A DNA stretch of 63,650 bases, filler included, from Bigelowiella natans CCMP2755 (GCA_000320545.1; 3 parts of 3 records of this genome joined end to end with filler, not necessarily neighbours in it), one strand, 5' to 3'. Shown: positions 1-14,474, numbered from the whole stretch's first letter. Translations and numbers: made by a program. Notes: generated by a model not told the origin, from the sequence alone.

Positions 1-9
1 ATATACACA

Positions 10-124
<115 letters not shown>

Positions 125-254
125 GTAAAAACGAATGACTTTCACAAATATGAGTGCCAAGATTTGTGTGTGTCGGTATGTAAGTGGGTGGGTGGGTACT
201 TAAATAAACATGTATACCCGCATACAATACTATCATATACTTATGCATTTGTAC

Positions 255-1304
255 CTGAGCGGATCCCATCAGCTCTACAGCAATTGACACCCTACGACGT
301 TGCCCTCCGGATATTCCCTTTATCAGCACATTCCCCACCTATACGAACGGTCACGTTAGCCTTTCCCAGTGGTGAACATAGTGAATTTAGGGAGGGAGCG
401 GGGATGAAGAGGACGGTCATGTGCGCCGAGGGATTTCAGGATGCGTAGCACCTTATTGTGTTTGCACGATGTCAATCCGGTGGCCTCTAATACTTCCTCT
501 ATGCGACCCTCTCTCTGTTCTGGAGAGCAGTTTGCGTTGTACAGCTGCGAGGCGATTTGGAGGTTCTCGTAGACCGTCAGCGCCCCCCACAGACGGTCGT
601 CCTTTCGAGGTATTAAATCAAGTTGGTGTTGTTCATCATAAAATTCATTATTTGAGGCTGACGCTAAAAACTTGCAAATCTCTTCCGCATGCACAGGACG
701 CAGCATTTACCTGATGAATGTAAGCGCAATTACGACGAAAGACTTCGTTAGTTAAATCGGCGGAGTTTACGGTTATCTTTCCTGACCATTCACCTGCGAT
801 AAGCAAAATATCATGGTCTCTAGATTCTAAAAAAAAGGAAACGGATAATCAATCCCATGACTCGCCATCACCTCCAGGAATCATGTCAACGTTGGCTAGC
901 CGATCAAGGAGCGTTGTTTTTCCTGATCCTGAAGCTCCGATGATGGCTAATACCTATCAATGATTTCCACGCCCAAAAATTGTTAGTATTTTCATTCGTC
1001 GTTTTCATCTTGTATTCATTTTTAAAATGACCTGTCCTGAGGAAGCATGGGCGCTCACACCCCTCAGAATCTGCTTTGTCTCACCGGGGACCCCCGGAGT
1101 TGCAAACTCCGGCATCCACCAAGGCACTGCAACTTGCATCCGAATGTTCTGGAACTTGAGCGAACACTCACCGGCATGGCGTGTCATAACCTTGGTCAAT
1201 CTCTCCCGGGTCGTCAGTAACTCTAAATTTGCGTCGTTCTCAGTCTTATTTCGTACATTTGTGTCAGGTGGTAGGGATTGGACCGAGTCCTCTGGAGCCC
1301 TCAT
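255..1304 (-). CDS. ABC transporter, G (White) family, N-terminal NBD; multi-exon, continues off the left edge
   Basis: Spliced minus-strand exons give KQILRGVSAHASSGQ|VLAIIGASGSGKTTLLDRL (Walker A, ~875-953), DDRLWGALTVYENLQIASQL and VGNVLIKGISGGQRRRVSIAVELMG (ABC signature, ~258-338). The NBD-first layout is typical of ABCG. Confidence 0.9.
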
Positions 1305-1958
1305 ACTCACGTAGAATTATAACAGTGCGGCTGCTCTTATACTCAAGTTATTGGCGAACCTAATTGTCTTTCCATCAGTTAAAATGATTCTTAAATGCTG
1401 TGCATGGGGGATCGGTGCCTCAGAAGGCAACTAAGCCACGGAATCAGACGTCAACGATTTTTGACGATCGCCGTTCCATTTCGTTACTGCAAAGTACTTC
1501 CCTGTCGCTAATGATAATTCGATTGCATTTCTTTTGCATTTTTGGGTTCCTTTCTTGACGGAAACTTTTCCGAACAAATTGTGGCGATACTGAAACACTG
1601 ATGAATCAGGGCCTGCGGCAGCATCCAAGGATCTGTCGCAAGACAAAATTAGATCTTTGCTCTTACGGTAGATGCTCCCTCGAGACATCAAGTCGCAAGG
1701 AAAACTACAGAAAATCGTTCTACCTTCTTGCATTTTCCTGATTTTTTTTCAATCGGTTTCAGAATTAAATTCATTTCTGGCCGGAGCTCTTTCTCAGGAA
1801 GTCTTTCCCGCAAATTTCAATCCCCCCCATTTTCCTTTCCCCTCGCCGCAGTTGCAGCTTCAGGCAGGGGTGGGGTTTTTTAAAAAAACACGTTAACTGC
1901 GAGGATATCATCCACCTCGATTGCTACTCAAGAGGCAAGGATTTTTAGCAGAAGTTAA

Positions 1959-3068
1959 ATGAGTGATCTCGAAAGGTTTGTGCAGGCTACGCTTTCGTCT
2001 CCATCCACTTCCAAAAGGCCAGTCGAGGATACATCAAGAAACAAACGCAAACGTGGGGGAGAGGTTGACCCTCGTTATCAAAAGAGGGCCAAAACATTAG
2101 AAAGATTTCCCGGAGAACGAGCAAAGGAGGAAGATGCCAGCTCATCCGAGCTTGGTGATGATTGTAAGGAAGTCTCAGCTTTGAAGAGCGAGCTTACTTC
2201 TCGGATTCAACGGAAGCTCTCGTCCCTGAGCTATCAGATAGAAAGATGTTTCAGTAATGGGCCTGCGCTGAGTGAACTCAAGAGCATAGATGAGATCGTT
2301 GGTATTGCGGACGAAGAAATGAGGAAAGTTTGGATATACTGCAGAATGTGCGGCAAATACTGCGCAAACAAAGGAGGGAAGTGCTCTGCCTGTCTCTCAG
2401 CAGACTTTCCCTGGCCGGACGCAAGACAAATTGTGAGCCGTGCCGTGGGCGATCTTGGTCGTGCGAGTAACCGGGAAATGAAGAGAATAGAAACGCTGTT
2501 GGGGGACGGAGACGTAGACGGCTTCCACCGATTCGTGGTTCGCAATAAGCCACTCTTACGGTGGACCCAGGCACAAGAGCTACTGGAATCGATTGACTGG
2601 GAGGGGAAAAGCTATCACTCCGAGGCGACTAAATGGATAACCTCTCTGGTGTTCGACTATTGGAACGTGGACCCCGACAGTGAGAACGTTCCGTGCGGAT
2701 TCGATATATTTCCGCGTCCATTCATGAGTGGCGTCAGAAATCTCCACGAGTACCATCTTCGTAGAGCCTTCCTTAGTCCTTTCATGGATGCTCTAGGGGA
2801 GAGGAAGTGCCGGCGTCGGAAGATTTTCGCCTCGGTATCGCCTCAGTTGCTTGGGATTAACGGGGCGATGGAAATCATCATGGAGTATGAAGACGAGGTC
2901 CTGGCAGGGCTGATTAGAGCTTTCGAAGAATGGAGCTCTCTAAAGAAATCAAGAATATATATGACTGATAATGGTGTTGATACCGGTCGAACGATTGACT
3001 GTTCGAACATTCCCATGGAGCTGCGCCCTCATGTCGCACTACGTAATCGCCTTGGGGGTGGGCAGTGA
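1959..3068 (+). CDS. Hypothetical intronless protein (369 aa) with basic NLS-like stretch and a CxxC-x(10)-CxxC cluster
   Basis: Long uninterrupted ORF with ordinary composition, containing RNKRKR and YCRMCGKYCANKGGKCSAC. No family recognised. Confidence 0.6.
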   Translation: MSDLERFVQATLSSPSTSKRPVEDTSRNKRKRGGEVDPRYQKRAKTLERFPGERAKEEDASSSELGDDCKEVSALKSELTSRIQRKLSSLSYQIERCFSNGPALSELKSIDEIVGIADEEMRKVWIYCRMCGKYCANKGGKCSACLSADFPWPDARQIVSRAVGDLGRASNREMKRIETLLGDGDVDGFHRFVVRNKPLLRWTQAQELLESIDWEGKSYHSEATKWITSLVFDYWNVDPDSENVPCGFDIFPRPFMSGVRNLHEYHLRRAFLSPFMDALGERKCRRRKIFASVSPQLLGINGAMEIIMEYEDEVLAGLIRAFEEWSSLKKSRIYMTDNGVDTGRTIDCSNIPMELRPHVALRNRLGGGQ

Positions 3069-3231
3069 TCGTTGTTGTGGAGTCATATCATCCTTATTCC
3101 ATCGTCAACAACCATGCAAATAGGATCTAGAGACTATCGGCTGGCGTGTAGAGTAGTATATCGGCCAGCAAATTTTCATCTGAAAGTCAAATTAATCTGT
3201 GCTATATGTACAGCAAAGGCATATATATTAT

Positions 3232-3271
<40 letters not shown>

Positions 3272-4048
3272 ATATTATATATGTATATGGAAAATATATA
3301 TATGTAAAGCTGCGGGTACGGCGTTAGGTTCTGCGATTTTATGTGTTTCATATGAGACTTATCTATTAAGTTGATTAAGCCGTTTCAATTGCCATCCAAT
3401 GTAGTTGTGCTGTGCAACACAAGTCTGTGCTTCGCAGCCGCCTTCAAGTAATTTCACTACATTGTTACGAGATGTAGGCAATGCATCTATCATATGCTAT
3501 AATGCGCATCATGTATGTATAAATTAATGCGCGGCATGTCTATTAACCAAGCTAAGCGTGCGCATCGCAATATATTGTTAGACCAATACCATGTGGCCGT
3601 GCTGTTTATTTTCTGTTGTGATTTATGCTAGCATGGCTTGCGCATGATGTCTCGATTGCATCCACAGTGTGCGGCATTCTTGTGTAACATTTCGGCGACA
3701 GATTGTCTCTGTATCTAGTGTATGCAACGGCGATCACTACACTATACGCCGCACATTTAGATGTAGCGCTTGCTAGCTTGCTAGCAGAGACCGCTAGACC
3801 AGCACCAGTAGCGAGAATTTTCAAGTTTAGCGCTAGTACTTCAAGCACGTGCCATGCCAGGCTAGCAGGGGCGGTCGAAAGAGCATGATGTGTAAATGGA
3901 GGGCACAGAATTCTTAATTAAGAGCTTCCGATGAATACACAGAAACATTCATGGGTAATGTTTGACAGCACATGTGCCTGCTAAATTGCTTTCCGCACAT
4001 GGCATTTCCCGTGCTAAAACTGATTTTAATATCAGTTAACGACCTCAT

Positions 4049-4808
4049 CTAAGCCTTGAGGTACCTGAGGTAGATACAACATGCATGAATGCTTCGCATC
4101 AGGCTGCAACATGAAATTGACGCGAAATCCAATTGAGCATGGGAAAATGCAACATCCTGTCCTATCACCATCACCACCAACATTCTTGCCCTCCCTCTCT
4201 CCAATTGCAAGTACTTCTTCAAGATCGCCCCAAGACTTTTTTTGTGCTCCTGCAGGGTATGGTTTCGATGGGAAAGGAGAGTCAATTCAACGACGATATT
4301 ATAGAGCTAGCTGGAGCTTCTAAGCACAAACAACCAAGATGATTATTTGTCCTGTGACAGTCAATCTCCTCCCGCCGTCGTTTGAAATAGTCTATCAGCC
4401 CTCTATTCCCCTCACCATAGTCAAAATTGATGAAAGTCCCTCATGTCTCATTTTGGCCTTGTTTTCAATTTCGGTCTCACCTCCTTCGCCAGGACGTTGA
4501 CATCACCGAGGAACGCGAACTTGAGAGCATCGTGGACAGCGCATTTGGGCTGCGGGCGATGAGAAGGATGAATATGTGGAGGGGTCGAGCTTAGCGTGGA
4601 TGATAAAAGGCAACGATGGTGGTAATCGTGTCATACACACACACACATATAGTGTATGTAACATATAACTCACCGGGCTCTTTCCCAATTCAGTCACCAC
4701 AGCTGCGACGATCTACAACAGGGGAGTGGGCGGATATCAGTATGGGGTTATTGCATCTTGAATGCTATGGATTTGTCATCTTCCTCTCCTTAGCCCCACT
4801 ATGCGCCT

Positions 4809-4847
<39 letters not shown>

Positions 4848-6815
4848 GTCCTTACCTTCTGGGCGTTGGCGGCGTTCTTCTTCAGGTAGGTGATGACGTC
4901 AGCGACATTAACCTGGTTGAGATGGCGGTGATGATGATGATCATAATGATGATCATTATTCGCATGGAAGCGGAGGATGGGTGCCCCCCCCCCCTTACTA
5001 CTGCTACTACTGCTACTACTGCTGCTACTGCTGCTACTGCTACTACGATGACATTTATCATCTATCACCTCCTCTTCCTCCTCCCTCCAGCAATCATAGT
5101 CGGTAACCATAGCTAGAGTTGCGTAGGCGATCTCAGCCTGCAACGCACACCAAACGCTATTGTCACTAGCGCTTCTAGAAGTAATGATAATGACAGACAC
5201 ATCTTTGATACTCGATTGATTATAGCTTTCTTTCTCTCCCTTAATTTCCTTTTTCCTAATGTGTGTTATTATCCTTGCCTCCTACTCTGCCCTGCACTGC
5301 CCCCCCCCCCCCCCCCCCCCTCCTATCTTTTCTTGCTTCGTACTTCCATCGCAAGTCTGGCTTCGGTGGAGTTGGTCATACCGATGACGTTCGCTCCCTA
5401 ATTAGGCATGCATATTCACATTAGAAGAGACTTATATTAGTATATATTAACTTACTGTTTGTTACTTTGTGTGTGTGTGTGTGTGTGTGTTTAAGTTATC
5501 AATCTAACTCGGCATGCCATCCACATACCCAGGATCTATGCAAGAGAGACTCTGCCCTAGTGCTGAATTGTGGCCCTTCCATGCACACATAGGTGCCTCC
5601 TAAAGGGGAGGGGGACGGGAGGAGCAGAGTTGGGTTAAGTTGTAACTATCTTACACTGTCGTAGTAACAGCTGAAAACAGATGGCAGTGACGACTGAGAA
5701 GAATGTCTTCGAGTTGATGATGATGATGATAATGATGACGATGACGATGACGAAAATGGATCCCTCTCTTCAGATTCCCCAGCCCGTTCGAGGTGTCAGA
5801 CGCCACACCTTTGTGTACGTTGACGTCCTTCATCTCAATCCCGCTCGCGCACTTGTACACGATATCGGCCAACTATCGTAATTTGTTCGTCAAACACCAC
5901 ACGCCCTCGTCACAATCATCAAGAAACCTCAACCTCCAGAGATGCAAGCACATGAAGTACTTAAAAAAAATGCAGTCAGACAAAAAACGAAGCTGGCCTT
6001 GAACGCACGCATATGCTAATGAATAGTGCAGATTGTTGGCAGAGTGCACGAAGAAGCCAACCTCTGGAGCGATGGGATAAGCAAACGGCACGTGCGCGCA
6101 TAGCCCCTTGCCTGCGAGTAGAAAAAGAGAGAAGACACGATACAAAAAGAATAAAACAACCACCTATACTTGCTCAAAGCTTTACTTGACCCACTCGGGG
6201 CAAGGAATCATGAGAATGCGTGATACCGAAGAAAGTGAGAGGACGCTCCTTTGTCTTGTCTATAAACTGATCGATGACCACCATGTCCATAGGCTTGTGC
6301 TTTTCTTGGAGGGATCCAACAGCTAACAGGGAGGGGGGGGGGGGGGGGATGAGATGGTATAGGTGTACGCCGTCTTATATCTGACCAATCGGCTCAGTCA
6401 AAAATACACTACTCATCTCTTTCTCTCACTCTCACATCTTACCGGAGCAAGAGAAGATATACTTCACGCCAAGCATTTTCATCCCGTAGATGTTGGCTTG
6501 AAAAGGTAGTTCGTGAGGGAGAAACTTGTGGCCGCGGGCGTGCCTTGCAAGGAAGACAACCTGACGTGTCCGGATACACCATTATTTTGGGCTTTTCGAG
6601 GGCATTATAAGGCATTTCGAGGCCGCTCAGATATCAGTCGTTGAGAGGTACCTTGATACCGTTGATCTCGCCACCAATATATGCATCGGATGGGTCACCG
6701 AATGGAGTGGTAAACTTATACTCCTTTTTGTTCTTCAAGTCATCCATCTGTCGGTGTCAAACAAGATGGTTAATTCAATAGCTGTTTTCGACAATTCCCC
6801 CTCACACACACACAC

Positions 6816-6859
<44 letters not shown>

Positions 6860-6943
6860 TCCACGCGATTTCAAAACCACCTTATAGAGGCCGCTGCCTC
6901 CGATGATCCCAATTTCAAACTGTGGAAGTTGTTCCGAACTCAT
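4049..6943 (-). CDS. MTAP: 5'-methylthioadenosine phosphorylase (MTAP/PNP family), multi-exon; 3' end approximate
   Basis: Exons read [129 protein letters not shown] and [14 protein letters not shown], all hallmark MTAP motifs. Confidence 0.93.
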
Positions 6944-7337
6944 TGTTTCTGTTGAGCTGTAGCTGGTCTGGTGGGGGGGTACGCCTGCGTGGCTATGTGC
7001 TGTCAAATCTGTGCCCACGTCGTCTGGGGGTAGGAAAATACCCTTCAGCCCAAATCACCTGTGTTTTTTATGTGCGACAACCTAAATTATTCACCATTTC
7101 GAAATATCTGGGAGGAAAGTTCCTCGCGACTCGTGACTATTTATTATTTTAGGGGGCTTTCAGCTCCTTCTGGGAAGTGCTCTTTTTCATGGAAATACAC
7201 TGGTAAAACATACAGCGACATCAGTAGAACTTTGTCGCACAAATGCAAAAAGGGACCTTGCCTCGGCCGCGGATGATATCGGAAGAATTTCGAACAATTG
7301 GTGTCTGGGTGCGAGCACGCAAAGCCGGCTGGTCGAC

Positions 7338-8399
7338 ATGAGAGTTCCTGGCTTCTGCTGGCTCCGAACCGTGAAGGGGGGTGGGACGCGTGCTGGTTTG
7401 ACACGGACTGCAAAACCTTTCTTCTCTCCCTTCGACAATGTCAGGCTAGAACCGATCAAAGCATATATTCATTTCAGCAGCGCAATTCGCGAAAAATGAC
7501 CACACATGTGCCTTCACGTGGTGAGTGTCAATCGTAACTGCTCCACCCATCATCATCTAGATCCAGCGACGATGGCGGCAGATAAAGAGCCAGGAAATAT
7601 CCGTAGGAAACATCCTCCAATACAAACAGCAAATGTGCAAAGTGAGTGATTGTACCTCATAGCACAATAAATCGGCAACGTCGGTCTGTTTCAGCCCAAC
7701 GCAGCCCCACGGAGAGTGCACACCTAAGAAATAGGACGCTATAAAATTTCTTTGCATCCCCCCCACATATGCGTAGGTGGAAAAAATTGAAACCACAATG
7801 CAGGGACGCGGCTCCAATTTCTACGTGGTCATTTATTACTATTGGTTCAAAATAAGGAATTAAGCCGTACATCTTGAGAATAAAACAATTTCCTTATATA
7901 TTAGTGAAGCAGGCTAGTCCATCAATTTTGAGAATCCCTTACCCCCCCCCCCCCCCCTCTCTCTCTCTCTTATGCAGGTGGACATGCGTGCGATTTCAAA
8001 CAACAAGAAGCACTCGGCAAGGTTTCTCTCCTCAGCGCGCATCCTTTTCGCACGCGACCGCATCTTCCCAACGAGCGCATACGTGAGTTATTGCTCTTCC
8101 TCCTCCATGTTACAGACTCCGGTCGGGGGAAAAAGTGGAGCTCGTCGAGTTGAAAAGGCTCGATATGCAATACCTTTACGAAGACGGTGGGTGGTGGGCG
8201 GAACATCACAGCTTTTCCTCAAAGAATCACGTCCCTTGTGTGGCGGCTGCTTCCCCCCCTCCCCCGTCTCCCTCTTGATATCTTCGTTGCGTCGTTGTCC
8301 TCTTGTCATCCCACGTTTCGCAGATAACGAGGTGTACTTCATGGATCCAGATTCTTTCGAGCAGATTGCCGCACCCGCTGATGTAAGGGATGTGTACAT

Positions 8400-8476
<77 letters not shown>

Positions 8477-9764
8477 GGGGGGGGGGGGGGGTTGTGTGTA
8501 TGTGTGTGTGTATGCATATTGTTTGGTCTGGCCAATCCTTTCAGGAAGAATTCCGTAAAGTTTCGTTGAAATGTTGGCTGTTATTCTCCCCTCCTTCCTG
8601 TCTCCCTCCCTCCTTTCCCTTTCTCTCCTTAGATTCTTGGGAACTACAGGTACTACGTTTCCGCTGGGGAGGAGGTAGTTGCACACCCGAAGTTACAAAT
8701 ATGTGCATTGCGTCCATTTCTGTGCTTTCGCCTCAACCCTACGAGTAGGGTGGGAGCGCCAATTCTAGCTGAATCTCTTTCATAATCGCAATCGATTTTT
8801 TTTGCGGGACACACGATCGATACCGCCACGATTGGTGCACCACCACCACCGCCAACAACAACAACAACAAACTGATCTCCTATTTCTAACACCCAGCTAG
8901 AGGTGAGGGCAACCGAAGATGGACTATCACTGGTAGGGCAAGCACAGACGCGACAGCTCTTTCACCGTCAACCCTCAGCGAAAACGTCGCCGCTTCTACA
9001 AGCTTTGATCCGCTTCTACAAGCTTTGATCCGAATAATCACGGTGCAATTTTTGCTTTTCCTGATGTGCTGTTAGGTGTGGGCCGAGATACCAACTTTTG
9101 CCGATGTGGAGGTTAGAAGCTACTACCACAACTACGTGCGCAAATGATCTCCGTCGTGTCGCACGCACACGCAACAGAGGGAGCTCAGAAGCCCCCCCGC
9201 TCACCGCCCCTGCTCTCCCAACTAATCCTTATTCCCATCGTTCAGGTACAATCTGTGACTGGGAGCGCGGCGGCTGGACGTGCTACAGCCGAAAAGCTAA
9301 CCGGTTAGTTAATATTGAAGATGACTCAGCCTTGGCCGCACAATATCTTCGATATTTCTGTTGTTCGCTAGCGGAAGGAGATAGACAGGACCTAAGTACG
9401 GGGCTCACACCGAACCGCCGTTTATTTGAATTTTCGCCGCTTTCTCCTATTTTCTGCGAAAAAATGTACTGTGTTCCTCTCTTTGCCTTGATGCGACCGT
9501 TGGATCTATGAAACATTTGTGCTTAAATAGCTACCACGGTCAATGGGAGGGTGATCACAGGCTGTGCGAAGTTTGTGGAGGCAGGAACGAAGATCCAAAT
9601 CAAGGTAATGTTGCCGCATTGATGCAGTCTCTCGCCTGCCAGTGTAGAAACATGGGCGTCGTAGCGAGCAATGTGCTCGCCAGCTTCGCATAATACGCGA
9701 TGATAACCGATATGCCATCACAAAGGTGGAGACGGAGGAGTACGTGGGAAAGGCCGACTCATGA
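7338..9764 (+). CDS. efp: Bacterial-type elongation factor P, organelle-targeted (probably mitochondrial); about 10 exons, start approximate
   Basis: Exons: IKSQEISVGNILQYKQQMCK|VEKIETTMQGRGSNFYV|VDMRAISNNKKHSAR|LRSGEKVELVELKRLDMQYLYED|NEVYFMDPDSFEQI|...|VWAEIPTFADVE|...TVNGRVITGCAKFVEAGTKIQIK|VETEEYVGKADS* (TGA 9762-9764). These match all three EF-P domains, preceded by an Arg-rich N-terminal extension. Confidence 0.88.
8991..9030. repeat. Perfect 20-bp tandem duplication (cgcttctacaagctttgatc x2) in an EF-P intron
   Basis: Directly visible at 8991-9010 and 9011-9030. Confidence 0.95.
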
Positions 9765-10657
9765 TTAACTAGCAATAAATTAACACACCGCGACGAATGA
9801 TGTGGAATCATGATCTAGATGATACGTGCGCGTTTGCACACAGCGGAGTGGTCGAGATTTGCACATTGTTGGTGCGTGACAAGAATCACTGCGGCGGTAG
9901 TGCGAGCACTGGCAATGCGTCAACATGTAGCAGCGTTTTTCGGGTCATTAAATGTTGTGCCTTGATCGAGGAGTGTCGTGCATGCTGTGTGCACGCACGC
10001 ATCGCAAGCACAAAGATGCATTGCACCTTTTCACGTTCGGCAAATGTGTGCATCATTGTGTCACGACACGGGGCTAGCGCTCACCATCAATGGCGACATG
10101 ACAGGCACATCATGAGCGCTGCAGCCGCTGCTTTGTAGCTACATTGGGAAAACCATTGGAACTTTTTAGCTGCACGTCGTCGTTACGTCATCATCCGTCT
10201 CATGACGATGTGTCTAATTGTTCAACAAGCCAAGCACACCCAAGATGAAACCATGCACAGATGTTGCATACATGCGTGTGTGTGTGTAGTGGCCATGATT
10301 GCATAGGTGCAATGTATGCTGTATGCTAGTATGGGAACAAATCGGTTGCCCGCGCACATGGCTAGCTGACTGGACTTCGATGTCACCAGGCACATGTCTC
10401 ATATGCAATGACAACACGAGACAAACACAAGACAATCGCAAGATGTTTTGTGCAGTCAGGGCCGGCTGTGTGCATGGATTAGCATGGAAGCTGGTATATG
10501 TACTGGTCAACACCTGAACGCAGCTCGCAGTATGAATTCTGACTATATGACCAATATTCAGCACTTGCTGTTATCATCACCATTCGGATTGTGGTATAGC
10601 AATGCGTGGAGCAGCATGCCTTACAACTAATTTTTGTGCGAACATAAAAACACACTG

Positions 10658-10695
<38 letters not shown>

Positions 10696-10760
10696 TCCAG
10701 TGTGTTTACTGATACGTTATGGATGTTAGATAACTACATCCGGTGTGGTTTGCACTGGGG

Positions 10761-11252
10761 CTACTTCCGCGGTTTGTGCCCCCACTTACCTGTAGTACAT
10801 TAAGACACACATGAATTAATGCCACGATGCACGACGCACAATAACGATGTATTACTGCTTGTACGAGCGAGTTTTGGTTATTCCGAGTGAATCTAGCGTT
10901 AAAAGACGCTGCAGCAGCAGCAGCCGCTCCATAGGGTTACGTACCACGATTGCCCTTTTTAGGATGGTGCTGACTCCTCCGACCCGTAAATCCGCCATCG
11001 GAGCCATGGTGAAATCTCCGGCCACGCGCATTACTCTGCCCCCCCCCCGAGAACGAGTCTCCAAACCCTACGAACACCACCACAGCCTTCGTGATCAGAG
11101 AGCAGCAAAACCAAAAACAGAGCGACAGACATGCAAGCTCGGGAATCATTCGCATCGGTAGGTCGACGCATCGACTGAATTTCGCTTTCCGTCGTGCCGA
11201 TACCCGACGCCAAAGGGCACACAACCCAGGCCAGGATGGGATGGATATTTTG

Positions 11253-11291
<39 letters not shown>

Positions 11292-11847
11292 AAACTGGGA
11301 AAGAACACATGGTTGCTTTTAGTGCGACATCCCAAACGACAGCAGGCTTTCGAATCAGAAAGAATATAATCAATAGGCTCCATTTGCCGCCATCTGTTTT
11401 AAGAGCTACCAGATTCAGAGAATGCAGGTTCTGCTGCATTGCTCGTGTCCCCGAAACCACTTCCAACGTCGCCATTGCCTTTGTTCGCGTGATGCTTATG
11501 GCGGCCTTTCCGAAACACCGTGCGGCATTCATAGGAGTACTGAAACTGCCACCCGCCCATCACGACAATGTCAAAGTACACATAGTCAGATGATGCAACC
11601 CAACTCGCATGCTGCATGTTTAAGGCGGGGTGTGGGGAGGGGGGGCTATTTTCGAAACGAACCGAGTCGTTTTCGGGAACGGCAGCGATTGCGACACGTA
11701 GCCCCTGCCGAGCACACGAATCAGTAAACATCCCCAAATTATCTCTCGCGTGATAGACACACATGACAGCGACTTACCGGCCGAAACTCCTCGGCGGCCA
11801 CTGGCACACCTGCGTCGATGATTCCACCCGTTGTTATTTGTCGCAAC

Positions 11848-11892
<45 letters not shown>

Positions 11893-12184
11893 CGCTCGCT
11901 CTCGCTCTCGCCCTTTCTCACAATTTTTGCTTCTCTACTCACATCCCACTACCTTCATAGTAAGAGTCCACAGCGCTTATGGTGTCGGGGTGATATATCC
12001 ACCGCTCTCTCTCCTGTAGCTCTAAGGCCTATCAACACACAGAGCGAAGATCGGAGATTCACCTTTCCTTGTCATATGCAGGCAGCGACGACGACGCGCC
12101 CAACATTGATAGAAACCGAGGAAAGAAGAAGCGGCAATGGTGTCATGGTGCATATTATATTAAATTACTCGGCCACGTACACCG

Positions 12185-12222
<38 letters not shown>

Positions 12223-12539
12223 CATACACAAATACAAACAAAGGCTGATGACCGCTTCAAAAACGGGCTCCCGTCGCCGTTTTGGCACAGTCTTTCGCTT
12301 GTCCCGCCTCATGCTAGCAGCTTTATCTGGAACAATAACAACAATATAAGAAGAACAAGAAGAAGAGGATTCTGCCAAAGTTGAAAGCGTAGAATTTCCC
12401 AACGGATAACCCCATGCTAACTATTGCTGGTCATTTATTGCTGGTTCACCGACCGGTAAGCGTCACGTTTGTCTGGCCTCCAAGCAGAGTTCCTCGTTCA
12501 TTGCCTGAAGATAATGCGTATTCATGAGTGAGAGATACG

Positions 12540-12572
<33 letters not shown>

Positions 12573-13219
12573 CCAATCAATGGCAAACGTAAGTGAGTAG
12601 CAAAATTCATTATCTTATTACAGTTGATGAGTTCTGCCAAGTTCGTGCCGTGGACGGTTGCTATCAGGCGGACCTTCAAGGACACATCATCACTATCACT
12701 GAGCCCAGTGGTCGGATTTCAACGAGGGGTCATGTGTGCACGTGTGCGTGTGTGCTGCTGCGTGTGCGCCGCGGCGCGCTCGATGGGGTTTTCTCTTCTC
12801 CTCTTTTCTGGTTTGTCTACCCCTCTCTGGGCAATTGTGCGTGCGGCATTGACCTACAGATCGTCAATAAAAACCAATGAAGATGATGATGACGCTTCTC
12901 CATGCACAAACGGCAAACGCTGCGCGACCAAAACACACACACTCAAATACAGACAGACAGAAATGTGAACATGCTGTATAGGTACCGACCGCATACGCTC
13001 GCAAACAGCACGAACTACCTCCTCCGCAGTAGAGATCTCATCTACGATGATGACATGAGGGGACTGGTTCTCCACGGCTTCTAACATAATCCGTGCTTGC
13101 ATCCCAGGCTTTCCTACCTGATCCATGATAGTTGGCCACGTGCAAAGGGGATGGGGGGGGGGAGAAGGGGGGAGGTGGAGCAAGAAAGAACTTACTCTAA
13201 AGCAATACATATTATATAC

Positions 13220-13260
<41 letters not shown>

Positions 13261-13525
13261 ATGGTCAGATCTTACAGACTTCACCTCCCGTATTCTCTTA
13301 ATATAATATAATAATAAAAACATTGGTAGTGGCGGGATTGATGTTCCTGATCACCGGCATCCATCTAGCAGAACCGATAGCATAGTGGGGTTCCAAACCG
13401 GCACCTCCTATTTCGCTGAAGAATTATGTAACATCTCAACTAGTAAGTAGTGTCAGATGTGGTGTGTGTGTGTAAACATAAATCATGAGTCAATATCAGC
13501 TTCTCATTGAGTAGCGGAGCGATAA

Positions 13526-13583
<58 letters not shown>

Positions 13584-14204
13584 GATGATAAGGCATTTAG
13601 TTATAACAGCACAAACACCATGTCTTATCAACGACAATCACGTTCAGACTCCGCTCTTCCCTGAAATTAACCGCAAATAGAACATTCGATGATGATGTTG
13701 GTGATGATGATAATGATGATGATGTTCTTGATGTTGTTGATGGTAATAAAGAGGAAATATTAAATTCGATCATCCTCAATGCGGGATGATTCGTCGTTGC
13801 CGCCTTTGTTGTATCCAACCCCACACATCCCCTCTTCTGTAGCCCTCCTAGCGACGACTACGTTTGTTCCGAGAGAATACGCGCCAATTCACGCAAAACC
13901 GTGGTCTTTCCGACTCCTGGCCGCTTTGGAGATAATTAGAAAGGAAGTGAAATAAAAAGGAATAGTTAAAAACATTTTGCTGTTTATAGCTCGTTGGTGT
14001 TCTTTGGCCCCCTCCTCCACCTTCCACGATTATCAGGCAACTCACATTACATCACAAACCCAAATGCACACAAATACACACACACACACACACACACACA
14101 CACTCCGTTCTTCCTTCTGTCTGTCTTTCTGATACTACTATCTCTATGAGGAAGGGGGGAAGGGAGGGGGAATTTCCCCACTAAAGACATTATAGGAATC
14201 GCGC

Positions 14205-14253
<49 letters not shown>

Positions 14254-14429
14254 CCTCTCCCTCTCTCCCTCCACTATTAATATCTACCCCGATGAGAAGT
14301 AAGCTCTTCTTCGAATCGAAGATGACTGATGGCGCCATTCTTCTCACGATTCCGGTCACAACACGTCCCACACGTGCTGCCACGCCAATGACTCTTCAAG
14401 GAAGGATGAGAAAGAGGAAAAGATACAGA

Positions 14430-14474
<45 letters not shown>

